DNA from: Nitrospirota bacterium
GTDB lineage: Bacteria; Nitrospirota; Thermodesulfovibrionia; Thermodesulfovibrionales; Dissulfurispiraceae
DNA: 64,000 nucleotides
NCBI GenBank assembly: GCA_040754455.1
Contig: JBFMCP010000015.1
Span: forward strand, 1-64,000
Direction of reading: 5' to 3'
The notes under the pieces were generated by a model. That model saw nothing but the letters and a program-made list of their open reading frames with translations. It had not been told where the DNA came from and did no database searches. This document shows, in pieces, positions 27,579 to 37,896 of this stretch. The first letter of the stretch is position 1, and each line of letters opens with the position of its first letter. Both the position numbers and the translations under genes were made by a program.

Positions 27579-30062
27579 TCACACCTTGAACCAGCTTGCC
27601 ATTGCATTGAGGTCCCCGGCAAGTCTCGAGAGGTCCTCGGATGCACGCTTTATCTCGTTCACCGAACTGTTCAGCTGCTTCGTTACGATCGAGATGTTTT
27701 CCATGTTGTGCGAGACTTCTTCCGAAGCGGACGACTGCTCTTCGGTTGCTGCAGCAATGCGCTGGACCATATCGGCGACCTGCTCCACGTACGCAACAAT
27801 GTCATCAATCGACTTCAACGTATGATCGACATGATCGATAACCTTCCCGACGGATTCACGTTCCTCTTTCATGAATCTTACCGATCCGTCGACCTCGGTC
27901 TGCATGGTATGGACGGTAGTGGCGATATCGTTGGCCGCTACCGTTGTCCTCTCTGCCAGCTGCCGCACGCTGTCGGCGACGACGGCGAATCCCCTCCCCT
28001 GCTCACCGGCACGCGCCGCTTCGATTGCGGCATTCAGGGCGAGAAGGTTCGTCTGGTCAGCGATCTCTTTTATCAGGGTAACGATATTGTTGATCTGTTC
28101 CGACTTCTGACCCAACGATTCCACCATCGCCGCGGATTCTTTTACCGTCTCGGCAAACTTCGTCAGCTCCTGCATCGTCGTATGCATCGCTTCTTTTCCC
28201 TGTATTGCGGTCGTCTTCATCTTTTGAGCAGCCTCCGAGGTCTGGGAGGCGTTTTTTGCCACATCGAGGGTCGTCTGTGACATTTCAGTCATGGCGGTAG
28301 CCGATTGCTCGACCTGCATAGCTTGATCCTGGGATCCCTTTTCAAGCGCCGTAGCAGTAGCGGACAGTTCCTCTGAACTGCTCGCGAGGCTCCCTGTCGA
28401 GGTCCTGATCTTTCCGACGATCTCCCGCAGATTCGTTACCATCTTCGACATCGAGGATTGTACAGTCCCTATTTCATCGTTGGTATTCGCCGCCATCTCG
28501 ACGGCGAGATCTCCGCCGGCAACCTCATCGGAAACTTTGATGAGCTGTCCTAAAGGTTTGGCTATGGAGCGGTACACCCAGGCGCCGAAGAGAATCCCGA
28601 ATACCACAGCACCGATGCTGATGGCGATGATCAATACCATACTGAATCTGACCATCCTGTTGACCGTACCGATCGCTTTTTCCTGCTCTCCCTGGGCAAC
28701 GGAAACCGTCTGTTTTCCCTTCTCCGCCTGTTTCAGGACGATCTCGCGTAGTGTTCCCATCGCCTGCAGCGCCTTTTCATTCATAATCATCTGATGGCGG
28801 ATCTTTGCAATGATGCCGTCCTGCGCAAAAAGCAGTCCTCGCACCGAGCTCAGCGCTGCCTGGGCGCTATTGAGTATTTTCAGCTCCTCTTTCGCACTGA
28901 GTTTAGCAAGCGCTTTTTCCAGATTCTTTTCGACACCACCGACGAGATCGAATATTCTCTTCAGCTCCGCGCCGGCGGCATCCACCTCTTTGACGGTCGT
29001 CAGGGTAAAAAGTTTTGTCGATAACCCTTCGATGGACAGACCGAGGGCGACCAGTTCGGAATTGCTGGTCAACACGGTATTTGCTATATTCGATTGCGTA
29101 AAGACCTCTCCCTGCTTTCCTGATTCGACGCCGTACTTCTCGCTGGCGGCGACAACGTCCTGCTCGACAGCAAGCAGCACTGCCGAAAGACGCTCATTTA
29201 CATCCTTGCTGACGGTCTCATACTGCTTTCTGGCGTCATCGTTGACCGGGGCTGCCTGCCCGGGCTGCAGAGACGGCTGAGACATGAGCGCGGTCTGGGC
29301 CTTAACCAATTCCTCAAGCTTCTCACTCAGCGATTTTATATCATTGTAGAGATGCTTCGCATCCTTCAGATACTCATTCTGGAGCGCTTTGCTGATCGCC
29401 GCATTGATCTTGCCGCGTCCGATAATGACGGATTTTTTATCCTGGGCCCTCTGCACCTCTATAATGCCGAGCTGAAGGTCTTTTAATGATGCTTTGAGCA
29501 TTTCGATGCTCCGCAGCCGGGAAGTGATGCCTTTGGTGTCCTCAAGCGAGGTCACGAACGCCGCAGAGCGGCTCAGCTGAAGACCTTTAATTTTGGAGTC
29601 GAGATCTTTAAGACGGCTCGATGTATCCTTTAATCGTTGGGTAATCGTTTTATTCGCAGCCACTGCTTCGTCTTCAGCCCTGAGTCTTCCATCGGTGATA
29701 TCGAACAGCTCACGGGCAATCTTATTTAATTCATCAGCGGCCTCCATCTTTGCGCCGCCTGCAAGCGATTCCAATGCACTCTGTGTATTTCTAACCTCCG
29801 CAAGGGATTTTTCCGCCTCTGTGCGGAAGGACCTGTATTCTTCTTTTGTTTTCGCTGCGCCGACTTTGATGAGGTCCGCCGTGGCGCCCTGAATTGCTCT
29901 CTGGAATTCTACGGTCCTCATCTGAAAGGGTGTACTCCGCTCGGTGAGGTAGTAGAGCTTGCTTTTGACAAAGCCCATCCCGATGATGCTCGTCACAGCG
30001 ACTGCTGCTATAACCGTCAGCACAATAACGACATTCAGTGTCAATTTTGTTTTTATCGTCAT
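27579..30062 (-). CDS. Methyl-accepting chemotaxis protein with a very large helical periplasmic domain
   Basis: Two TM segments, HAMP domain and [30 protein letters not shown]. Confidence 0.95.
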   Translation of the reverse strand: MTIKTKLTLNVVIVLTVIAAVAVTSIIGMGFVKSKLYYLTERSTPFQMRTVEFQRAIQGATADLIKVGAAKTKEEYRSFRTEAEKSLAEVRNTQSALESLAGGAKMEAADELNKIARELFDITDGRLRAEDEAVAANKTITQRLKDTSSRLKDLDSKIKGLQLSRSAAFVTSLEDTKGITSRLRSIEMLKASLKDLQLGIIEVQRAQDKKSVIIGRGKINAAISKALQNEYLKDAKHLYNDIKSLSEKLEELVKAQTALMSQPSLQPGQAAPVNDDARKQYETVSKDVNERLSAVLLAVEQDVVAASEKYGVESGKQGEVFTQSNIANTVLTSNSELVALGLSIEGLSTKLFTLTTVKEVDAAGAELKRIFDLVGGVEKNLEKALAKLSAKEELKILNSAQAALSSVRGLLFAQDGIIAKIRHQMIMNEKALQAMGTLREIVLKQAEKGKQTVSVAQGEQEKAIGTVNRMVRFSMVLIIAISIGAVVFGILFGAWVYRSIAKPLGQLIKVSDEVAGGDLAVEMAANTNDEIGTVQSSMSKMVTNLREIVGKIRTSTGSLASSSEELSATATALEKGSQDQAMQVEQSATAMTEMSQTTLDVAKNASQTSEAAQKMKTTAIQGKEAMHTTMQELTKFAETVKESAAMVESLGQKSEQINNIVTLIKEIADQTNLLALNAAIEAARAGEQGRGFAVVADSVRQLAERTTVAANDIATTVHTMQTEVDGSVRFMKEERESVGKVIDHVDHTLKSIDDIVAYVEQVADMVQRIAAATEEQSSASEEVSHNMENISIVTKQLNSSVNEIKRASEDLSRLAGDLNAMASWFKV

Positions 30063-30146
30063 AGTTCCCCCTCGGCCCCCCCTCTGTTACCGTCCATCCT
30101 GACCTTTTTCATAATAACCTCTTCTTTATTCACGGTTAAGAACTTA

Positions 30147-30201
30147 GGTAAAAGCGGAGCAGAAAGCTCTTCCCCACTTTCTGTAGCTCTCCGCTTTTAC
30201 C
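30147..30201. repeat. Intergenic stem-loop between the binding-protein and MCP genes
   Basis: ggtaaaagcggag/ctccgcttttacc 13-bp outer stem plus cagaaag/ctttctg inner stem; no U-tract on the coding strand. Confidence 0.7.
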
Positions 30202-30220
30202 GATGACTCATATACGGCTA

Positions 30221-30985
30221 TTACTGTTTTATATATTTCTGTCCCTCGCCTTTGATGAAATCGATCAACTTCTGAACACTGGCGGACGGCTTCCCTTTTG
30301 TCAACAGAATTATCGGCCTCGCTACTTCGGGAGTGCTCGGGGATTTGACCGAAGCATCAACAACCGCCAACGGGCCGATGCCGATGGCCTCGGGGTTGGA
30401 CGAGACGTTCTGCCTGACATCCTCTGCCGTGGTTGCCTCAAGGACGTCCTTGGCCTGATTTTCTCCGTCCATGATATTCTTTATGAACATGCTATTGGTT
30501 CCCGGAATGAGCTTGCCCCATACGATGATAATGGGAGCATCTTTGCCGCCTACTTCCTTCCAGTTGCTTATCTTTCCGGTAAATATACCCTTGAGCTGGT
30601 CTTTTGAGAGGTTTGAAACAGGATTGTCTTTATGGATAAGCACTACGATCTTGTCTTTTCCTATCGTCACCTGCTGAAAAGCGCCGGCGTCCTTTACCCC
30701 GGCACCCTCTTTCTTCATCAGGGCCATCCAATCGTCGAAGCTGAGACCGGCCGCAGCTGCATCGACAGCCCCTTTCTCCAGGTCCTGCAACGCAATCTTA
30801 GGCCCCGAGGCAATGATGTTAAGCTTTATCCCCGTCGCTTTTTCGAAATGATCTTTCACCGGCTTGAGCACGTTTTCGGTCGGCGCCGCACCGGCACCTA
30901 TCTTGATTTCATCCGCATACGCGCTGAGCGACCACACTAATACAAACAACACAAGGATTCCAACAGTCAGACCGATCTTTCTCAT
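30221..30985 (-). CDS. PstS-like (PBP superfamily) periplasmic substrate-binding protein
   Basis: Signal peptide (..AYA), IGKDKIVVLIHKDNPV.NLS..QLKGIFTGKI.NWKEVGG.D.PI and PGT motif. Confidence 0.85.
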   Translation of the reverse strand: MRKIGLTVGILVLFVLVWSLSAYADEIKIGAGAAPTENVLKPVKDHFEKATGIKLNIIASGPKIALQDLEKGAVDAAAAGLSFDDWMALMKKEGAGVKDAGAFQQVTIGKDKIVVLIHKDNPVSNLSKDQLKGIFTGKISNWKEVGGKDAPIIIVWGKLIPGTNSMFIKNIMDGENQAKDVLEATTAEDVRQNVSSNPEAIGIGPLAVVDASVKSPSTPEVARPIILLTKGKPSASVQKLIDFIKGEGQKYIKQ

Positions 30986-31073
30986 AAATCTCCCTCCTTT
31001 TTATATCTTTTGCTAAAAAAGCAGAAAAAAATCCCCCGATTTCCTTCCCTGTTTCACCTCCCTCGCCATATTT

Positions 31074-32252
31074 CTAGAAGCCGAATTCCTTGAGAAGGTC
31101 GTTGACATCCTCCTGGGAGACCTTCTCCGGCGCTTCGGTCATTGATCGGGCGCCGGGTTCGATCTTGACGCCGAAGGTCGCGATCAGCTTGACCAACTCT
31201 TCTTCTATATCACCCACAAGGGTAATTACCTTCTTTATCGTCTGTCCTGTCAAATCCTGAAACGACTGGGTCGTTAATATTTCGGTAAGGTCGTCCTCAA
31301 GATTCTTTTTGAACTCCTTGAGGTATCCCACAGAATCTTCCGGCTCTTTGATGTTCCTTATATGGTTCGCCAGGTCGTCCATGGTCAGGATATATTTTTC
31401 GACAATCCCCATTGTCTTGTTGGCAGCGTCCTCGGTCCTTTCAATAACATACTGGAGCTGGTCGACGGCATTGGGCATTTCGGTAATCGCCATATCCTTG
31501 AGTTTCGGGTCCAGGGCCTCTTTGAAGCTCCTGATCGCGTCGTGAAGCTTTCTGGTAACCTTTCCGACCTCCTTGAAGAGGTCGTTCTGGCCTTTTTTCA
31601 TTATATTCTGGATTGCTGCATCCGCCTTTTCATAATCCTGACTCGTTACGGCGTTCATAAAGGCAACCATGTCGTCGAAGATCGCATAGCGGGGGTCCTG
31701 GGCATCCAGGCCTCTCCTCTCAAAAAAATCCTTTGCGTCCATAACCTCTTTGACGAGCATCTCACCGCCCACACCCTCGATCTTTTTTATTACTTCAACC
31801 TGATTGCCGTTGTCCTTGACCTCGAATATCTCATCTTCAAAGATGCTCATGTCCTCCATCGGGATAAGCTTCTTGGTATCGAGCAGCACAATAAGGCGGT
31901 CATCCACTTTTGCAACACCAGAAACGATCTCCGAGGTATTGAATTCGGTCGGCGGCTCTATCTCGGAGTCCTCTATCGCAATCACACCGGTAATCTCGTC
32001 GACAAGGACGCCGAAGGTCATACGACCGCTGGTGATAACGATAACCTTCCCGCCAACGGAATCTCCACCGAGTCCCGCCATCTGTTTGAGGTTGACGATG
32101 GGGATGATCCTCCCCCTCAGATTGGTAACCCCCTCAATGTAATCGGGCACCTGCGGCAGCTTCGTCAGCTGCGGAACATTGACGATCTCCTGGACCTTCA
32201 GGATGGGAATGGTATATTCGTTATTGTTCATAGTGAAGCCGATATATTGCAT
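31074..32252 (-). CDS. CheW-CheZ fusion protein
   Basis: N-terminal CheW domain (VQEI, P.YIEGVTNLRGRIIP, GVLVD). C-terminal CheZ (QL.YV...TE.AA, QSFQDLTGQ.IKKV, terminal SQEDVNDLLKEFGF). Confidence 0.88.
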   Translation of the reverse strand: MQYIGFTMNNNEYTIPILKVQEIVNVPQLTKLPQVPDYIEGVTNLRGRIIPIVNLKQMAGLGGDSVGGKVIVITSGRMTFGVLVDEITGVIAIEDSEIEPPTEFNTSEIVSGVAKVDDRLIVLLDTKKLIPMEDMSIFEDEIFEVKDNGNQVEVIKKIEGVGGEMLVKEVMDAKDFFERRGLDAQDPRYAIFDDMVAFMNAVTSQDYEKADAAIQNIMKKGQNDLFKEVGKVTRKLHDAIRSFKEALDPKLKDMAITEMPNAVDQLQYVIERTEDAANKTMGIVEKYILTMDDLANHIRNIKEPEDSVGYLKEFKKNLEDDLTEILTTQSFQDLTGQTIKKVITLVGDIEEELVKLIATFGVKIEPGARSMTEAPEKVSQEDVNDLLKEFGF

Positions 32253-32282
32253 GCCTCCTCCTCGTTAAAAGTTACCTAATGA

Positions 32283-32393
32283 CCATCAGTCATCAGCTAT
32301 CAGTAGTCAGCAAAAAAATGGAAAAGATACTCTGTTATTGCATTCTGCTTTACGCTTTTTATTTACTGACGGCTGAGGGCTGCTAGCTGATGT
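32283..32393. repeat. Inverted heptamer array (cheA to cheW-cheZ junction)
   Basis: ccatcag tcatcag ctatcag tagtcag ... ctgacgg ctgaggg ctgctag ctgatgt. Confidence 0.9.
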
Positions 32394-32408
32394 CAGTCTT
32401 CTCATTTC

Positions 32409-34241
32409 TTATTTCGCCCCTGTGGCAAAGAGCCCCCGTGACAGGATTGCAAGATCGATGATGAGAACAACCCTGCCGTCACCGGTAATGGTCGCCCCGA
32501 GAATGCCGCACTCCTCGGACTCGATACCGTTGATCGTCTTAATGACGATCTCTTCCTGGCCGAGGAGTTCATCCACGGCGATACAGAATCGCCGGTCGCC
32601 GATCAGTGCTACAAGAACATAGCTGTTATCGTGGTTGTCCGCCTCCTGACGACGCACGCCGAGGACATCGGCAAGGACAAACATCGGAATGACCCTGCCG
32701 CGTATCGTCATGACCTTCTGTCCCATCACGTCTTTGATATCGCTCTTTTTGATCCTGAGTGTCTCCTCGATCATCGACTGAGGAAGGGCGTAGGATTCCC
32801 TGCCGACCCTCACCATCATGGCCTGGAGTATGGCAAGGGTCAACGGCAGGCTTATCTTGAATGTGCTTCCTATATCTTTCTTCGTGATCACCTCGACATA
32901 GCCGTTCAGCTTTGCGACATTGGTCTTGACCACATCCATACCGACGCCGCGGCCGCTCAGTTCGGTCGAAACCTCCTTGGTCGAAAATCCGGGCAGGAAG
33001 ATGAGATTGACAATAGCGTCATCCGACATCTTCTGCGCCTCTTCCTCGGAAATAAGACCTTTTGAGAGCGCTTTTCTTTTGACCGCCTCGACATTGATCC
33101 CTTTTCCGTCATCGGACACTTCGATGACGATCTGCGTCCCTTTCTGATACGCGCTGAGAATGATCCTCCCCTTGCGGGGCTTGCCCTTCTGCTCTCTCTC
33201 GTCAGCGGTCTCGATCCCATGATCGATAGAATTCCTGATAATATGTACCAGGGGGTCGCCGATATTTTCGATGACCGTTTTATCCACTTCGGTGTCCTCA
33301 CCGAACATTTCGAGATCGATATCCTTGCCGAGCGTCCGTGAAAGATCCCGTACCATGCGGGGAAATTTGCCGAAGACCTTCTGGATCGGCTGCATACGCA
33401 TTTTCATCACCGCGAGCTGCAGATCAGAGGTAACCCTGTCCAGAAAGCCCGTCGTTTCGAGGAGGCTCTCGACAGCGGGGTCGTCCGCATAGCTGAGGTC
33501 GAGCTTCGCTGCCAGGTTGAGCAGCCGGTTCCGCGCAAGCACGATCTCTCCCGCAAGGTCCATGACCTTGTCGATCCTTGATACATCGACCCTCAGGTTG
33601 GAGACGACTTCGCGCTCCCTGGTAATCTGCTGGACCTGCTCATCCGCAGCTGCTGAAGCGGCAGAGGGTGACGGCTTGGGCTGGGGGTGAGGTTCAGGAC
33701 GAACATCCTGCTGCGGTTCAGGTTCAGGAACAGTCTCATGCACATGCTCGTGCTCAGGTGGCGAGGCATGGATATCTTCCGTCTCTGCGGCTTTCTCTCC
33801 GGCCCCTGCCTCAATCTCAGGCTTACTCTCCCTCTGCTCCTTATTCCCCGCTGCGGATGACACGAGCGCCGCATCAAGCTCTTTCAACAGCGCCGACGTA
33901 TCTTCTTCGATCCCGTCTTTAAGTTTTATGTGGAATATGAGGAGCCGCAAGGTATCGACACTCTTCAGAATGACATCCATCAGGTTCTGTGAAAGGTCGA
34001 CTTCGGCATCACGGAGCTTTTTCATGATGCTCTCGGCACGGTGGGCGACGTCGACGATCGGCTGGAATCCTAAAAACCCGGCAGCTCCCTTGAGGGTATG
34101 CATGCCGCGAAAGATCTCATTGAGGATATCCTTGTCGTAGCCCTTTGCCTCGAGCTCGACGAACATGGGGTCTATTTTTTCGAGGGTCTCTTCGGCTTCG
34201 GTAACGAATTCATTTATTATTTCATCCATCTCGTCAGCCAT
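32409..34241 (-). CDS. cheA: Chemotaxis histidine kinase CheA
   Basis: HPt FRGMHTLKG, RMQPI, HIIRNSIDHG, DDGKG, GFST..SGRGVGMDVV and C-terminal CheW domain. Confidence 0.96.
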   Translation of the reverse strand: MADEMDEIINEFVTEAEETLEKIDPMFVELEAKGYDKDILNEIFRGMHTLKGAAGFLGFQPIVDVAHRAESIMKKLRDAEVDLSQNLMDVILKSVDTLRLLIFHIKLKDGIEEDTSALLKELDAALVSSAAGNKEQRESKPEIEAGAGEKAAETEDIHASPPEHEHVHETVPEPEPQQDVRPEPHPQPKPSPSAASAAADEQVQQITREREVVSNLRVDVSRIDKVMDLAGEIVLARNRLLNLAAKLDLSYADDPAVESLLETTGFLDRVTSDLQLAVMKMRMQPIQKVFGKFPRMVRDLSRTLGKDIDLEMFGEDTEVDKTVIENIGDPLVHIIRNSIDHGIETADEREQKGKPRKGRIILSAYQKGTQIVIEVSDDGKGINVEAVKRKALSKGLISEEEAQKMSDDAIVNLIFLPGFSTKEVSTELSGRGVGMDVVKTNVAKLNGYVEVITKKDIGSTFKISLPLTLAILQAMMVRVGRESYALPQSMIEETLRIKKSDIKDVMGQKVMTIRGRVIPMFVLADVLGVRRQEADNHDNSYVLVALIGDRRFCIAVDELLGQEEIVIKTINGIESEECGILGATITGDGRVVLIIDLAILSRGLFATGAK

Positions 34242-34242
34242 A

Positions 34243-34659
34243 TCAGCTCCCTGCTTTAAGAGACTTTTTCTTCTCCGCTATCTTCTCAAGTTTTTCTTTA
34301 AGAATCTCTGCGGTAAAGGGCTTCACGATATAGTTGTCGACCCCCGCCTTAATCGCCTCGATCACCTTTTCCTTTTCTGCTTCTGCGGTTACCATAAGAA
34401 AAGGGACATCCTTGAGCGGCTCGGGTTCTTTCCTGACGTTTCTGAGAAGCTCGATACCCTCCATATTGGGCATATTCCAGTCCGAGACGACAAGGCCGTA
34501 ACTACCTCCCCGCAATTTGCCGAGCGCCTGGGCTCCGTCTTCGGCTTCATCTATATTTTCAAATCCCAACTGTTTAAGAAGATTTTTTACAATGCGCCTC
34601 ATCGTCGGGAAATCGTCCACAACGAGCACTTTGAGGGAGAGATTAAACATTGCGGCCAC
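34243..34659 (-). CDS. cheY: Chemotaxis response regulator CheY
   Basis: [23 protein letters not shown] and YIVKPF. Confidence 0.93.
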   Translation of the reverse strand: MAAMFNLSLKVLVVDDFPTMRRIVKNLLKQLGFENIDEAEDGAQALGKLRGGSYGLVVSDWNMPNMEGIELLRNVRKEPEPLKDVPFLMVTAEAEKEKVIEAIKAGVDNYIVKPFTAEILKEKLEKIAEKKKSLKAGS

Positions 34660-35029
34660 CTCCTGCTATATTCTTTACAATTCGTTGTATACTTTCGTTT
34701 ATCTGATCCGCATTGGTGGGCTTGACGAGATAGTCATTCACCCCGGCCTCGAGCGCTTTTTTCCGCTCCTCGTCGTCCGCCTCGGTCGTAATCATGACGA
34801 TGGGGGTTTCCTTCCATGTCGGGTCGTTCCGTAACGTTTTCGTCAATTCGATACCGTCCATATAGGGCATGTTCATATCGGTTAAAATAAGGGCGATGGT
34901 CTCGGTAGCCAGCTTCTCCATGGCATCCAGCCCGTTCTCCGCAGTGACCACCTCATATCCCTTTCCCTTGAGATAGAGACTGAGCAGTTTCCGTGTCGTC
35001 CTATCATCATCAACAATTAATAGCCTCAT
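34643..35029 (-). CDS. Single-domain response regulator (CheY-like)
   Basis: IVDDD, TDMNMP, ITTE and YLVKP. Confidence 0.88.
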   Translation of the reverse strand: MRLLIVDDDRTTRKLLSLYLKGKGYEVVTAENGLDAMEKLATETIALILTDMNMPYMDGIELTKTLRNDPTWKETPIVMITTEADDEERKKALEAGVNDYLVKPTNADQINESIQRIVKNIAGGGRNV

Positions 35030-35059
35030 AGTTGCGCTCCTCGCTCCGTCTTTGAATGT

Positions 35060-35890
35060 CTATACTTTCTGATACACGATCACTTTATTAATGACGACCG
35101 GTCTGAAGGCCCTCGTAATATTGTGGAGACTCTCAGAGGTGCCGATGAACAGATAGCCGTTCGGCCGCAGCGCATCGTAGAGCAGCGACACGGCCCGCTG
35201 CTTTGCCTTGTCATCAAAATAGATGAGCACATTCCTGCAAAAAATAACGTCCATTCCCCGCATCGTCTTCATGTCTTTTTCATCGATGAGATTGATTTTC
35301 ATGAATTTCACTGCCGCCTTGACGGTGGACGAGAGGGCATACTGCTGGTTCGAATTGGTGAAGTATTTCTTCAAGTACGGCTCGGGGACATTCCGCACTG
35401 CATAGGAGCCGTACACGCCTGCCTTCGCAGACTGCAGCACGTTCTCGCTCAGGTCCGAAGCGTATATCTCCTTTTTGAACCCGATGAGCTCAGGCTTCTC
35501 GAGGAGCAGCATCGCAATCGTAAACGGTTCCTCGCCGGTGGACGAGGCGGCCGACCATATCTTCACCTCCCGCCGCCCGTTCTTGCCGTTTTCGTCGATA
35601 ACACGCTTCATCAGTTCTCCGCTGAAGACATCGAATTGCTGCGGCTCCCTGAAAAAAAAGGTTTCATTGGTAGTAATAAGGTCGTACAGCTTGATCAGTT
35701 CCTCTTTGTCCGTATCATACTTGAGGTTATAGAGGTAGTCCTCATATCCCTTGAGGTTCTTGTCCTGAATCCGTTTGCTCAGGCGGTTCTCGAGGAAATA
35801 CTTTTTGTTGTCCGGGATAAAGATACCACACTTCTCGTAAATGAAATCCCTGGTCTGCTTGAAGACGTCGTCGGTAATCGGCAAGGTCAT
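35060..35890 (-). CDS. cheR: Chemotaxis methyltransferase CheR
   Basis: TTNETFFFRE, IWSAASSTGEEP and IFCRNVLIYF. Confidence 0.96.
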   Translation of the reverse strand: MTLPITDDVFKQTRDFIYEKCGIFIPDNKKYFLENRLSKRIQDKNLKGYEDYLYNLKYDTDKEELIKLYDLITTNETFFFREPQQFDVFSGELMKRVIDENGKNGRREVKIWSAASSTGEEPFTIAMLLLEKPELIGFKKEIYASDLSENVLQSAKAGVYGSYAVRNVPEPYLKKYFTNSNQQYALSSTVKAAVKFMKINLIDEKDMKTMRGMDVIFCRNVLIYFDDKAKQRAVSLLYDALRPNGYLFIGTSESLHNITRAFRPVVINKVIVYQKV

Positions 35891-37758
35891 AGGGAGCTCA
35901 GCGCCTCCCTGACCTTTTCCCGCACATCGGGGTTGTGGTGCTGCTCGTGAGCCGAAAGCACTTCGAAGGCCTCTCCCCCTCCGATCTCGACCAGTACATC
36001 AATGGCGGACATCACGGCAGGGATAAAGGAATCGTGCAACATAGGGCTTATGCGTCTGACCGCTTCCTCTTTATCACAGGAGAAGGCGATCGCTTTAATG
36101 GCATAGAACCGGACCCATGGATCATCATCATGGAGCGTTTCGAACAGCTCCGGCGAGCAATACCGCGCCTTGCCGAGCCCGACGACCGCCGCCTTCCGGA
36201 TATCAGGGTCCTGATCACCAAGAAACCGGACGAGCCGTGAAAGCGCCTTGTCGGTACCAATATGGCCGAGACTGTAGATGGAGGCGATCTTAATTTTTTT
36301 ATTGGGGTCTTCGGCGAGTTTGAGGAGGATGTCGGCATCACGCACCATTTTGGCGACAATTTCACGTATATTGTCGCTGTACCTCGAGACATCGTTTAAA
36401 AAAGCCCGGGCGTTGATCTTGAGCAATGCTTCAACGATTTTTTCAATGACATCGTAGTAGCGCTCCAGGGCAAGCAATTCCACCAGCGGTTCAAATGCGT
36501 CTTTTGCCTGTATATTGCCGAGCGCCTCAATGGCCGAGCGCCGTACATGGGCATCGACATCACGCTGTGACGCCTCGAGCAGCGGTTCGACCGATTCGGA
36601 TGCGCCGATTGATCCGAGTGCGTTGGTAGACGCCCTCCGCAGATCCCTCCGCATGTCATTCAGGTAGTTGACGAGATGAGGCACCGATTTCCGGCTCCTC
36701 GTCTCACCAAGGACCTCGATGGCAAAGGATTTTCCGCGGTATTTGATATCGGAAGACTCCAGTAGCTCGAGAAGGGCATCTTCCGATTCGATCGCTTTGA
36801 CGGCATCTTTCAGGATCATGAGCCGCTCTTCGTTTTCAGGTAACGAGGGATCGAGCGCCCCTGCGATATCGACGATAAGGGGAACAGCCGCCTTGCTGTT
36901 GAGAGTGACCAGCCCTTTGAGGGCTATTTCCTTCTCCTCCCAATCCCCTTCACGGAGCATCGTGACAAGGTGCTCCGAAAGGTCAGCCATTTCAGGGGTA
37001 ATGCCGATCTGGAGGAGGCTCTTGATAACGGCATTCCTTTCCTCTCCGGTCGTTTTGGGGAGATAGGTCCGTAATATGTCGATCGCCTTCTCGGTCCCCA
37101 GCCTGCCGAGCGTCTCGATGACCGCAAGACGGACCGCCTCGGAGACTGCAGTGCGTACCGTCTCGGACGATCCCGAGAGGAGGCCTGCAATCTGCTCTAT
37201 GGCATTCTCCGCCTGGAGCTGGCCGAGTGCCTCAAGGGCCGAAAAGCAGACCCACTCATCGTCATTCAGCGCATGGATCAGTTCCGGGATCGCCTCGCGG
37301 TGCTCCAGCTCGCTCAGGGCCTTCACCGCAGCCGCCCGCACATTTGCGTTGACGTCTTTAAGGTAGGGAATGATTTCCGAGGGATCGGCACCGTCTTTGA
37401 TCTCACCGAGCAGGTCTATGGCAAATTTTCGTATATCGGGGTCCTTGTCTTTCAGCAGCGGGTAAAGGAGAGGAACCGTAGCACTCCCCAGCTCCCTGAG
37501 AATAATCAATGCGGTATTCCTGAGCAGCGACCCTTCCCGTAAGAGCGGCAGGACCATGTACGCCGTCGTTTCGCCGCCGATGCGAATGAGCGCCCTCATG
37601 GCCGCGTCCTGCACGCCGGCGTTCTCATCATTGAGCGCCTTAACGAGCGGATAGACCGCCCGCTCATCGGAATCAGCAAGCTCTTCAGCGGCTTCTCTGC
37701 GCAGTGAGGGGTCGTTGTCGGTGAGCTTCTGAATCAATTTCTGTATGTTTTTAGCCAC
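35887..37758 (-). CDS. HEAT-repeat (PBS lyase-like) protein
   Basis: Many L.D....VR..A..ALG repeats over 623 aa; overlaps the cheR start. Confidence 0.9.
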   Translation of the reverse strand: MAKNIQKLIQKLTDNDPSLRREAAEELADSDERAVYPLVKALNDENAGVQDAAMRALIRIGGETTAYMVLPLLREGSLLRNTALIILRELGSATVPLLYPLLKDKDPDIRKFAIDLLGEIKDGADPSEIIPYLKDVNANVRAAAVKALSELEHREAIPELIHALNDDEWVCFSALEALGQLQAENAIEQIAGLLSGSSETVRTAVSEAVRLAVIETLGRLGTEKAIDILRTYLPKTTGEERNAVIKSLLQIGITPEMADLSEHLVTMLREGDWEEKEIALKGLVTLNSKAAVPLIVDIAGALDPSLPENEERLMILKDAVKAIESEDALLELLESSDIKYRGKSFAIEVLGETRSRKSVPHLVNYLNDMRRDLRRASTNALGSIGASESVEPLLEASQRDVDAHVRRSAIEALGNIQAKDAFEPLVELLALERYYDVIEKIVEALLKINARAFLNDVSRYSDNIREIVAKMVRDADILLKLAEDPNKKIKIASIYSLGHIGTDKALSRLVRFLGDQDPDIRKAAVVGLGKARYCSPELFETLHDDDPWVRFYAIKAIAFSCDKEEAVRRISPMLHDSFIPAVMSAIDVLVEIGGGEAFEVLSAHEQHHNPDVREKVREALSSL

Positions 37759-37869
37759 TTACAAGCCTCCTGCTCTCATATGGCATTATCATTTCCGGTA
37801 GTGGACAAATAAAAATAGAGATAGCGTGCGACGTTATCCATGTGATATACGTCACAGCGGCTATATACT

Positions 37870-37896
37870 GTATCGAAGGATTTCTTATTTTCTGAA
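37870..37896 (-). promoter_or_regulatory. Possible sigma28 promoter for the che operon
   Basis: TTCA-N15-TTCGATAC. It shares AAATCCTYCGATA with the flgM promoter, but the -35 is weak. Confidence 0.4.
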
